From Lingula anatina (taxonomy: Eukaryota; Animalia; Brachiopoda): a stretch of 64,000 nt of DNA. Positions 11,757-23,549 of this stretch are shown here, piece by piece (the first letter of the stretch is position 1; every line of letters begins with the position of its first letter). Position numbers and translations under genes: made by a program. The stretch spans positions 32,550,001-32,614,000 of the forward strand of contig CM120642.1 in assembly GCA_051362555.1 (NCBI GenBank), written 5' to 3'. Below the pieces are notes generated by a model. The model saw nothing but the letters and a program-made list of their open reading frames with translations. It did not search any database and had not been told where the DNA came from.

Positions 11757-14343
11757 ATGTGTGACAAACTAGAATCCATGATCAAGTGCACGCCATATTT
11801 GATACGCGAACTAGTTAGACCAAGGATGCTGTTTACCTCTTTCACATTTGGTGGCTTTATGAGGCATAACAATTATGAAGATATGAATGTTATTTTCTTG
11901 CTTTAAACTTTTGATGTGTGTCTCCTTATTCTGACCCCGTTGGTGCTAAATAACATTGAGGGCTGTACCGACAACGTATTGCTTTTCAAGCAAGCAGAAA
12001 GGAGGTTGTACGCAAACTGTATTGACACTGACATTGACACTATGCTTACTTTAATCTATCGTTTTTGGTGTTTTGATATCTTCACATGCTTTCCCCAGAG
12101 CTTTTATTACCTGCATTATATACTGTATATTTTATCGTAGTAGCAGTCGCTCTAGAAGCAATTTTAATGTCCGCTATGTTTGATCTGTTAAACGTACATG
12201 GGTTCTGATGTCTTATAACATCTGTTTACATAATTTGTATTTATTTATCTGTTTCCTTAAATAAATTTATTGTATTATATTTCATAACAATTTGTTCTAT
12301 TATGATATAAATGAATTAATGGACCTTAAGGTTTTATCTGCTTATCAGTCGGGAAAAACCGGAGGTACATAATTGAGCAAGAAAGAGGCAGTTGTTCCAG
12401 ATCAAACCATTCTAAAATATTTCAACTTTAACTTCAAACAGAATATGATAACTTTTGTTATATTTAATTGATGTTTGTATTATTTGTTTGCATTTAGCTG
12501 TTATTAGTTCGTTAATTACTTTAATTATTGACGTTTTGTTCTAAAAAAGGAAGAATTGAGTTGAGACCACTTAAGTTGATTGGCTGCTTTATTCTTTAAT
12601 ACATTTGTTATCCAACGTTTCCCAGTGAATACCACAGTCCTATTAGCTCACAATGTCTCTCAGTCTTATCTTACAGGGTTGTTAATATTCTAAAGTTATA
12701 GCAATTTTTCTAGAAACAACCCAGTGCCTCTGTGAAAGTCTGTGAAGCTTGTATTCTAGTACTGCCAGCCCCCCCCCCCCAAATACCAATAAAAATGACC
12801 CATTTTGATCAAACTAGCCCTTTTAGCGTTAAACTTAACATCAGTTTTGTTCGCCACAATGATCAAAATACATTGTACACTGCATGTGATTTAGATATGG
12901 AGAGTGCCAAAGTAACTACCTAACACTTGGACACATTCAGAAACATTCTCGTCAAAGGTAGAAAATTTAGAAACCCATGACTTGTTGGATAAATACTAAG
13001 CCTAATTGCATAGTCAGATGAAATTGCTTATTGATGAAAATAAAAAACTGATACATATTGACTATCAAGATAAAATTCTAGTACAGTAATTATAAACCAA
13101 AATATAAAAGTTTAAAATTTAAAAGTTCAAATGTTTATCTTTTAAACTTTGCATGTTGCACTTGTAATAAAATCATCGATTGATCTTTTAGTTTTGATTT
13201 AGGTGTTTTGAGTGTCTCTCGTACACGTATTAACATTTAACAGTTTGTATTGATTTTAGAAGGTTCTACTGTCTATGGTTAAGTTCATTACTTGTTTTTG
13301 TAGACAACTTTTTTGCGTGTATCAAACCGCGTTTCTCTCCATATTTTATGTGCACTTTGTTTACTAGCAACACCTCGCCCAGTTTCAGGATAGATTATCG
13401 GCGCTGTTCCCAGAGACTTTTCTACTAAATCAAATAATCATTTATATAGGCCAAAGTGCCATTATGTAAGGTTTCTGCTAGAACTAGATCTTTTGACTGC
13501 CTGTTTTTGTAGTACATGTAAATTGTTTTTTATGTGCATTTTGTTTAGCAGCAACGAGATACTCAAATTCAGCATAGAGTATCCTCGGCACTCTTCCCAG
13601 AGAATGTTTTACTTAGTCAGATAATTTATTATAAAGACCAAAGTTCCAATAAGAAATACTTATGCTAGAACTAGAACTAATGACTGTCTGGTTATATGTC
13701 ACAAGATTATTGGCTAGTTTCTGGCGTTATAGTAAATAAATTTGCTTACTTGCCTTTTTATGTAATTTCTATCTACTTGTGTTTTCTATGTAAGGTCATT
13801 AGAGGTATAGATCCAAAGCAAGTTAACTGTTGAGACATAAGTATATCAGCTTGGTCCAACTGAAGGGTATGGGTATAGGTATCATCCTTGCGTTTAAATG
13901 ATTGACCGTTTGCTTTTTTCTTCATAATCAATTGTATTTTCAAAAGTGATTGATTTTTTTGGGGAAAACAGTTAAATGAAGTGAGATGTTTTGTATGCAC
14001 CGTTATTTGCGTTGTAATGAATTTCATGTTTTGATCCCTTTGGAAAATAACAACTCTGCAGAGACCACCTACGATGATGGATTATATCATGTTTTAATAC
14101 ATTTGTTATCTGACATACCAAATGAATGCTCCAGTCCCATTGTTTACAGTGTTGTACGATCCTTTCGTACTTACAGGGCCATAGGTTAATTTCTGTTATA
14201 CAACTTTTTCCTAAGAATCTTGTATTTCTGTGAAAATCTGTGAGTCCTCCAGTTCCAGCAAGCAATGTGTTTGATGAGCAACGTTGTTCCTCACTTTACC
14301 AGCCAATGTGATAAATGAGCTTCCTTTTCACTGTGTGTCAGAT

Positions 14344-14989
14344 TGTCAGGAACCACAGTATAGAAAAAAGTTAAGTTAGTATTTTTAAAAATTGCATACA
14401 CGATGTAGTTTTAATTCAATCATTGGAAGCCAATGGTTGATAAAATCCATACCTGGGAAGCCATGTAATATAAGTAGCTTCAGACAATACTTCACACCTT
14501 GAAATTTTAATATCATGTGTATATATTTATTTTGTTTCAAGCTAGTAAACTTGATTACATGGAGTTATGGCAGAGGAGGGGCCCACCATGAGGGGTGGAC
14601 TTGTGTCTGAATTAACCAATCAGTTTTTAAGTTTTGTGATGGACATTTTAATTGATAAAGTTTAGTATAAAAATCTGTAAACTAAAATCTAGGGGGACAG
14701 ATAAGACGAGATAGAAGAGAGAGAGAGGAGAGGAAATAGAGAGAGGAGGAGAAAGAAGCTTGTACCATGTAACTGTTAGTGTAGTAAAAAATATTCTGTT
14801 GAAGTTACAACATGGAGTCGTTTCATTCTTTTCCGTGTGAAGACTTTAAGACATGTAACTGGGGATCTCTGTAACAGTATTACAGAACGCGTTATCCAAA
14901 GATGAGAGCCCAAACCCCTAGGGTTATCTTATAAATGGTCATTTAATGTAAAGTGCGGTCCTTGGATGGTTTTAGGGTGGTTCCCCACA
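14344..14989 (+). mobile_element. Solo LTR (646 bp), Gypsy-like
   Basis: TG...CA ends with imperfect inverted termini TGTCAGGAACCAC / GTGGTTCCCCACA; 4-bp flanks AGAT and ACAT. The paralogous empty site at about 9001-9010 reads TC-ATAT-GTTG. Internal CCAAT boxes, TATAAAA and a GA-rich tract. Confidence 0.75.
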
Positions 14990-15863
14990 ACATGTTGAGC
15001 ATTGTGTATTAAAATGCATTTGGGATCACCTGACACATCTGGACACTATTATGTATCTGCATGTTTAAAACGACTCGTTTGATATCTAGAGTTCATTAAA
15101 CTCTCTTTTGACTGTGGTTCTTTGCTGCCTTTTTACCCTATATTCCTGGGTTTACGCCACCCCCACAATAAAGTGTTGTCGACCCCAACTGCTATGTACA
15201 CTTCAAAAGAAGGGAAAGATATACTTTAGAGTTATGTTCAGTCGTGAAGTAGGTGGAAAAATCCAAACTTAATAAAAACTTTAAGCCGTTAATTGCACCT
15301 GCATCGTCAAATATTCATAATGTTGAGATGATTGTTTATGCCTTCAAATTTGTCACATATCCAATAATAATAATGTATTAACATCAAGGCGATCAATAAC
15401 ACTACATTTAAAAGGAATGGGCATTGATTATTTTGGGAAAGTTAACAAAACACACTGCTTCGATGTCGATGTTGGTTGCATCGTCAAATCTTCATTACGC
15501 AGATGTGTGTTTTTATGCCTTCAGTTTTGTCACATTTCCAATAATAATGTATTTATATCAAGGTGATTAATAACACTACATTTAACAGAAATAATGGCTT
15601 AATACAACAGATAATTCAAGTATCTATGTGCTGTATAAAGGGAACACGTAATTCGTATTGAGCACACATACCGCATTAAAGTTAGACGGTGGCGTCAACG
15701 TTAATAGGCACTGATCTGCTCCATGATAGATCTCAAAGTTATCCCAAAGTCTGCTAACGTAAATACCACTTTAGGAAAGTTTACAAAACACAGCTTCGAT
15801 ATTGGTATTGGTTGGCATCCTCATAAATCTTCACGAGAGCAATCAAGTGGCGTAGATTTTATC

Positions 15864-16895
15864 ATGGGGCTAAAGATAAAATATTTTTTATTTATGTCAT
15901 TTCTTGTACTGTTCACAACACAACAAAATATCAAATACGCCTGTTTCGTTGGTACCAAATATGCCATTTTACCGTCGTCTGCATTGAAGAAAGTGACAGC
16001 ACAGGGCGCTTCAAGTTGTGCATTAGAATGTTCACAAACGGATGGATGCCGTTCCTGGAACTACTTCAAAACAAGGAACATAGGTAAGGGTCATATACAA
16101 TATTGTATTATTGCTGATGTTTTGTAAAACTCGAGTAACATTTTTGTTACAGTGACAGGAAACAATGCTTTTATTGAGTTTTACATGAAGGACGAACATG
16201 GCAAAGGAAATTGTTTACTGAAGGAAACATTTTATAAATATATTTCCAGGATAAGTCGTACTGAATTCGTGCATTTAACAAACATTACCAATTTAATTTG
16301 GCAATAGTGACGGTTTTCCTCATAAGACGCAATTGTTTCAATTGAATGCCATTGTGGCATGTTGTCAAAGTTCAGTCTTGTTATTTTTACAGAAAATTGT
16401 GAACTGAATTCCCTCAAGGCTATCAACACTGACATACTAGTGCGTCATGAAGGCGGAATGTATTATCAGGATGCCAAGGTAAGTACATTTAAACTACGTT
16501 TATTTTTTATCTTTGATGCAGAATCATCGACATATAAGACCGTTATATTATTTCTTCAAAGAAAGATACGTTTTCAATCAATACAGATAAAAACATAAAT
16601 CAATAGGATGGTTAGAAAGGTTAAAGCAATTAATTTTTTTCTGATTGAATATATATATTACCTCTTTACATTCGTGTAATCTTTCTGCCATATTTCAGGA
16701 AGAAATGGACTGCAATGACCTAGGTAAGTTTTATAGCATTTTATTTTTTTTTTGTGTGTATATATATATGTGTGTAACAAAATGCAGAAAATTCTTTTAA
16801 TTATAATTTGTTTTCTTTGTCTGTATCCATACACATTTCTGTCTCCATGGTTGAAGGGGTTGTTGGTTAATTTTGGCAAGTATTGAATGGTGTCG

Positions 16896-16937
<42 letters not shown>

Positions 16938-18161
16938 GCAACGGTGCAGATTTTGCTGTGGTTGATGACTATTTTACTTAAAACTAATAAGAGTCCTTAA
17001 CAGAGAATAGTCTGTTACCTACCCCAAACGTTTCATATTAAATCTTAATGTTGCCGACTGTATTGATTGTCTGCAAAGTTTTAAAATGCAACCGCTAATC
17101 ATCGTGCTCGACCGTCTTCACACATGCACACCGCAATTATTTTTTTTTGTTTATGTTTTAATAGATGTGCAGGAATGTTCCTTATCAAAATAGCAGGGTT
17201 TGGAACAAAGGAAGTTTATTGTGACAACGGATGGCTCGTTGTGATGAGAAGATATGACAATACAATGAATTTTAACAGAAACTGGACTGACTATAAGCTC
17301 GGTTTTGGGGATCCCAGCCTACAGTTCTGGATGGGCAATGAGGCCCTTCATGCGTTAACCAATCAAGGAGATTACTCCATGCTGTTTGATATGTTGTCCT
17401 GCAACGGCAATTATTATTACGTCAGATGGAACCTGTTTAGAATTAAGAATGAGACAGTGAAATATGCTGTAGACGCGGCCCTTACTCTCGAGTCCTACAA
17501 CACAACAAGCATGCTTAGACTTGAGGAAATCCGTGGACTTCCTTTTGGAACGACTGACAACAGTAGTACCTACTCTACTATTAACTCTCAGAAAACATGT
17601 GCTGATCAACACGGTAGGCAATGTTATTTATAATTTACATAAGAATAAAATTTCACTGTGGAGATTTATTGGCTTAGAGGGCATTATAAAACTGGAATAG
17701 TCAAGACAGCATGAAAGTGCATTAGAAATCGTTGTCTTCTAAATATACTGAAATAAATGTTCAGAACATAATACAATTAACGAATTTGGCTGAAGTGGAC
17801 TTTATTTTTGGATATCTGCAAAACAACATTGACCAAAATGCAAAAGTCAATGACTGTTACATTATTATGTTATGAACCCTGGAGGTCGGTTTCCTCATGA
17901 TTAAATTTAAACCGGACGTTACCTGATAGATAAAATGTCTCTTGTCACAAATTATATACAAAAATTAATATTTCAGGTGGGGGCTGGTGGTTTGGAAGGT
18001 GCACTAACAATCACCTAACTGGATATTATCCCGATTGCAATAACACAGGTGACATTAGAGAAAGGAAAAGGAAAAAGAAATTCGCGGCTATTACAGGATA
18101 TAACTGTGACTTTGGATGCCTGCTGCAAGCCGCTACGATGAAGTTACGGCGAAATAATTAG
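15864..18161 (+). CDS. PAN/apple + FReD protein, copy B (possible frameshift at the start of exon 4)
   Basis: Exons 15864-16083, 16393-16478, 16699-16723, 17165 or 17173-17613, 17977-18161. The homologous acceptor (17164) gives a frameshift; the CAG at 17170-17172 restores the frame. Confidence 0.8.
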
Positions 18162-20380
18162 ATATGTAAAGTTCACATGGATAATGCGGAAATCGAAAAA
18201 GAAACCTTTGTCTATATTAAGGATGATGAAAAACAAAGTTATCAAGGGACACAAGGGTACATTTAATTGAAGAACGCAGCACGTGGACTGAGTGCAGTGT
18301 TTAACTTAGCAGTTTTGTTCACCACAATGATGATCATGCTTTTACCGTTGACAATGTTTGCAAACCCTAAGACCGCAAGCTGTAGCAAAATCGTATCGTA
18401 TGATGTTGCATTGCACAGTTCACGTACGAGTATTGTTCAATGGATTACGGTCATCGTTAAAATAGCTGTAGCTGCTGTTGATCTCTTCTATTAGACAACA
18501 ATTTATGACGATATAAGTGTAATTTACTTGTATGAATTTGTTGTGTGTTTCTCTATTCTGGCCACGTGAGAGAAGCATTATTGCATAATTAGATGCAGAA
18601 AAAACCTCATATTCGGCATCTGGATGATAATAAAGTTTTACTATATCCTGAATGCAAGCTGTGTTTGATTTGTTACACGCGCATGGGCTCTTTTGTCTAA
18701 CAATGTCTGTTCATATTATTTATATTTATCAATTTGTCGCATGACTGATTGATTTTACGGAAATACAGAGTTAACGAAATGAGATGTATTGTATGCATTA
18801 GCTGTTATTTGTGCGTTAATGAATTTAATCATTGTCATCCCTTTGTAAAAATGAGAGAACTGATCTAGGACCGCTTAATTTGATTGATTGTTTTATATTT
18901 TAATGCATTTGTTATCTGACATTGCACACATTTAAAAACATTTTCGACAAAGTTAGATAAATTTGCAACCCATAAATAGGTAAATACAAAGACGAAAGGC
19001 AGAGTCAGTTGAAATGGCTAACTGATGAAAATAAAAACCATTGATGCATATCAAGTATCAAGGCAAAATTCCATCATAGTAATTAAAAATCAAAATTTCA
19101 AGATAAGAAATTGAAGTTTTAAATGCAAGCTTTTAAAGATTTTTGCACTCGTTATTAAATAATCCATTGATATTTTAGTTTTGATTTTGGTCTTTTGAAT
19201 GTCTCAGGTACACGTATTAATATTTGGCAGTTTATATTAATTTTACAAGGTTATACATGCTATGATTAGGGCCATTACTTATTTTTGTGGACAACTTTTT
19301 GCGTGTATTGAACCGCGTTACGTTTCAGGCGTTATAGTAAATAAAATTACTTACTTGCTTTTATATGTGATTTTTATCTACTTGCATTTTCTGTGTGAGG
19401 TCATTAGAGGTATAGACTCAAAGAAGAGTCGATTAAGTTCGTTTATCTTTGGTATATAGAGCAACGGACTCAGGCACCATCCTTGAGGTACCGCACCATT
19501 GGTGAATTTTCCCTTTTACTTGATTTGACCAAGTTGTACAGGTGTATCTACTTTATTGCCTCCTTTTGGTGAGACAGGCAGAAATACAGGAAACAACCGC
19601 TTCAAGCAACCCCGAAGGCCTGAAATTTGTTTAAAAGATTGCTTAATTAATTGGAATAAATCCATTTTGCATTCCCCATAAAAACGTCATATGACTAATT
19701 AGTCGGGACCTTAAATCAGGTAAGATATATGCTGGGACCTAGGTTAACCTCGACCACACTCGTTGCTATGATAATTGTGGTTCCCAATCATCATTAAACG
19801 GCATCTGATAACGTTTGCAACTGGCGAAACTTTTAATTGCATTATTTATTTGCGCTTTCAAAAATGATAGATTTTACGGGAGAACAAATTGAAAGAAATG
19901 ACAAATTTTGAATATGCAATTAATTGTGCTTAAACGAATGCCCGCCTGTTTTGATCCCTTTGGGAAAAAAGAGAGACCACCTTAGTTGATTGGTGACATG
20001 AAAATCATGTTTTAATAAATTTGTTATCAATCATTACCGAATGAACGTTTCAGTCCCATTGGCTTACAGTGCCGCATAGTCCTATCGCAGAGTCCTATAG
20101 GGTACACTATAGTTATATCGCAAACTTTTTTCTGATGAGAGATGCTTTCATATATGTTTCCATTAAACTTCGAATGAAATCATTGTAAATATGTTTAACA
20201 TCATTTTAGCGCACAACATATTAAAGGCACATAAGGGTTATCCATCAGAAATCTCGGATAAATTTTCAGAATGTACCAAAATCGTCTTTTTGAAATCAGG
20301 ATACCGCCAAGAAATACGTTATTTTAATTTTCCAATATTCCCTTTCACTAGACAAAGTGTTAGATCAACTACAGCGTCCT

Positions 20381-20506
20381 CCACTTCCTCCAGGCAATGT
20401 GTTAGTTGAGCATTATCATATTCCACTTCCACCAGGCAATGTGTTAGTTGAGCTTTATCATATTCCACTTCCACCAGGCAAAATGCTAGTTGCGTTTAAT
20501 CGTACT
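20381..20506 (+). repeat. 42-bp minisatellite, ~3 copies
   Basis: CCACTTCC(T/A)CCAGGCAATGTGTTAGTTGAGC(A/T)TTATCATATT units start at 20381, 20423 and 20465. Confidence 0.85.
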
Positions 20507-20571
20507 CTACTTCAACGTGTCACTGTGCTAGATGAGCTCCATTTTTACGAGGCAGCGTGTCACAGGTGGTG

Positions 20572-20868
20572 ACTCTCAAGCAAACAACAAGGAAAACAGC
20601 CCAAAAGCAATTATGCTCCAAGTGAAAGGAGCATTTTAGTTCAACTCTGAATTTACAGAGAAAAAGGATTGATATGGAAAAATTGCTTTAGTTGCTTAGT
20701 CGCTTAATTTAATTGAATCCCTGCACAAGCAAAATTGTAACCAAGTCCAGGTCAAAAACCTTGGGAAAGGCTAAATTATAGACTCAGCAGGAGGAAAAGA
20801 GTACAATTGACAGTTGATAGCGGCAGCCACAGCAACATGACCCTCAAAATGAGCAAAAGCATTCAGAC
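20572..20868 (+). repeat. Dispersed repeat, copy 2 (homologous to 3581-3925)
   Basis: Colinear similarity with 3581-3925; lies at the junction between the direct and inverted duplication units. Confidence 0.6.
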
Positions 20869-22572
20869 CCAGACACTTGCGAATAATTGTGTCAATCCCA
20901 TCATGTGGATTAATCTGAAGCTAGTTGTGATCTGATGCTTTAGTCTGTCAGGTACAGGGGTTCATCGCTACCAATAGGGTGACCAAAGTTCATCGGTACC
21001 ATGTGAAAGTATATTTAGTTTAACAGTTAATGGTAAATAGGGGTCATTGATTAAAAAGCTTTGACCAAATGATATCTGGTTCTACAATGTTTATAGACTT
21101 TATTTAATGGAGTAAGATAAACAAATATTGAAGACCGCTATTCACAGTAAAATGTGCCAAATTTTTTCAAGTCGTCAGTAAAAAGCATATCTCGTTGTCC
21201 GTTGGGAAAATGTGTACCTTCTAACCAATAGGAAACCTATATTGCCACTTATAAGGTAATTTGACCTTGACATTGGTGTTTTTGGAGTGATTGGCTTGGT
21301 GAGTAGGCCTACTCACTTGCTCTCTCCTAACTTTGCGGAAAAATTGTCAGAAAGTTTCATTTTGTCCAAGTGCTTGGTGCAATTCAATGCATTGTTTTCT
21401 GTTGCTGATCGAAAAGTATATTGTGATTCCATAATACATGTAGGTTGACATGTCTGATATAATATTTGGATCACGAGTGAAAAAAAATTTATTTAATGCT
21501 TAATGTACTGTCGGTAGGGTGTATTTTCCTCGTTTTTTAAACATTCAGTGACAAGCAAACTAAAGTCGCTCAAAAACAATTAGCTGATCAATACAAAATA
21601 TTATCACATCTTTTACCTAAGGGCTGTGCAACACTAAAATGGTGCTGGAGAGTTCGTTCCGTAATGTCGGATAACAAATGTATTAAAACATGACATAATC
21701 AATCACCTTAATGGTCTTTACTTAGTTCTCTTATTTTACCAAGGGGATATTAACAAGTGAAATCCATTAAAGCACAAATTACTGTACACACAAAGCATCC
21801 AATTTCATTTAACTTTGTGTTCCCGTAAAATCGATCATCTTTAGACATATAAGGCAGTAACATAAATATCAATTCCGCGACCAACACATCAATTCAATGT
21901 GTAACAAAAGTAATCATATTCTGTTTGAAGTTGGAATATTTTGAGAATGGAACAACTGCGTTTTTCTAGTTAAAATAATATAAATAAAATAATAATATAA
22001 ATAAAATAATAAAATGAACATACGTTTTACCCAACTGATAAGCAGATAAAACATTAAGGTCCAATAATTCATTTAAATCACGATAAGACAAAATTTTATG
22101 TGCTATATATTTATTCAAATACATAGATAAATAAATAAATATAAATAATATAACCAGGTATTATAAGACAACAGAACCCATGTCATTTAACAGATTAAAC
22201 ATAGCCGGCATTAATTGCTTCTACAGCGACTGCTAATGCGATAAAATATAAAATACATAATGCAGGTAATAAAAGCTCTGAGGAAAGCATGAGAAGATAT
22301 CAAAACACCAAAAACGATAGATAAAAGTAACCATACGGACCCCTTTCAGTGTCAGTACAGTTGTCGTACACCCTCCTTGCTGCTTCCTTGAATAGCAAAG
22401 CGTTGGCGGCACAGCCGTCCATGTGTTTTAGTTGTGAGAATAAGGAAACACGCAACAAAATTCATTCAAGTTAATTCTTCATAAATTAAAACCTAAATCT
22501 TCATAAATTGTAACGCCTTATAAATCATCAAATGTGAAAGGGAAAGAGTTCAACACAGGTTCAACTATTTTA

Positions 22573-23117
22573 AGCCTCGGTCACAACCGGCCGTACGGGC
22601 TCTTACGGGCTGTTTGTGTCTAAATTTTGAGCAGAATCTCATGTCCCACGCAAGTCCTTCTTACGTAATTTCGAGTTCGCAGACAGCCCGTAAGCACGTA
22701 CGGAGGATGCTGGACATGTCCAAAAGATTCTACGAATAGCCTGCGGGAGGAGGAAGAAGAAAGAAGAGGAGAACAGGAAGCAAACCTGACGTACTGTACG
22801 CCGTCAGTACGTCACCACAAACGTGTGAGGCAAGTGTGAAGCAGAACTGACTCAAAAGGGCACTACTTTTGCCGTGCGTTGCATTCCTTTCGTAAGTGGT
22901 GAGTGTGTGCCACGTACACAGGAAGCAAGACAAACTCAAGAAATGAGTACAATTTCCACGGCCATCGCTCCTTGCAGTTGAAAGGACATCTCATGTGGCC
23001 CTGCGACTCGCAAGGCAGATTTTTCTCTACCTCTGCGACCTCCACGGCTTCCGTAACACCCAAAAATCGCTTGGACGCACGATCCTAAAATTCGTGCGTC
23101 CGGTTGTGACCGAGGCT
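22573..23117. mobile_element. PIF/Harbinger-type MITE (545 bp)
   Basis: Perfect 18-bp TIR AGCCTCGGTCACAACCGG with TTA duplicated on both sides. An empty homologous site occurs downstream of copy B (~18450 GTCATCGTTAAAATAG). Confidence 0.9.
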
Positions 23118-23549
23118 TTAACAAAGACCGCAATCCACCGCAATCTGCGGGAACTGTGCAATGCCAGATGCTGCAGAACCGTACAATCATGAATGATACT
23201 ACAACCAACAGCCTTGTGGTTTTCATACTTTGCCAAACGTTTTAGCTTGACAAAATTGTAAAGGCTACGAGGCCGTAATATAAGTCTGTACTATTTGGCA
23301 TCGCCACTGACTGCCTTAACACGGTTGCCGAACGCAGTATACGTGTGCTGCGCAGACAGGATATTTACGTTTGTACTGTCCATGTCTATGATATAAGTGC
23401 GCAATGTATCACGATCATTGTGGTAAATAAAAGTGCTGTTAAGTTTAACACTACACACGTGTTGCGCTCTTCTACAAAATGGCGCTTCTTGACTTCCATC
23501 TACGAAAGAAATGTTTTTATCCAAGCATTAGGCCTATCCATGTTAATAA

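Larger units (their letters stand above)
6576..22560. repeat. Segmental duplication units of the PAN-FReD cluster (shared intergenic blocks; inverted copies from about 21650)
   Basis: Flanks 6576-9500, 11757-15860 and 18162-20100 share colinear blocks (e.g. TCATGTTTTAATACATTTGTT; GGTCATTAGAG.TATAGACTCAAAG). The same blocks appear reverse-complemented at about 21650-22560. Confidence 0.8.

Noticed and set aside
20357-20572. Repetitive Pro-rich ORF (HIPLPPGNVLVE)
   Set aside because: Product of a 42-bp minisatellite; no splice or promoter support.
20870-21500. Possible RT remnant on minus (MLFTDDL)
   Set aside because: A single weak motif with stops in all frames; cannot be assigned without a profile search.
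22730-23236. Six overlapping short ORFs
   Set aside because: They arise from the GC-richer MITE; no transposase motifs.
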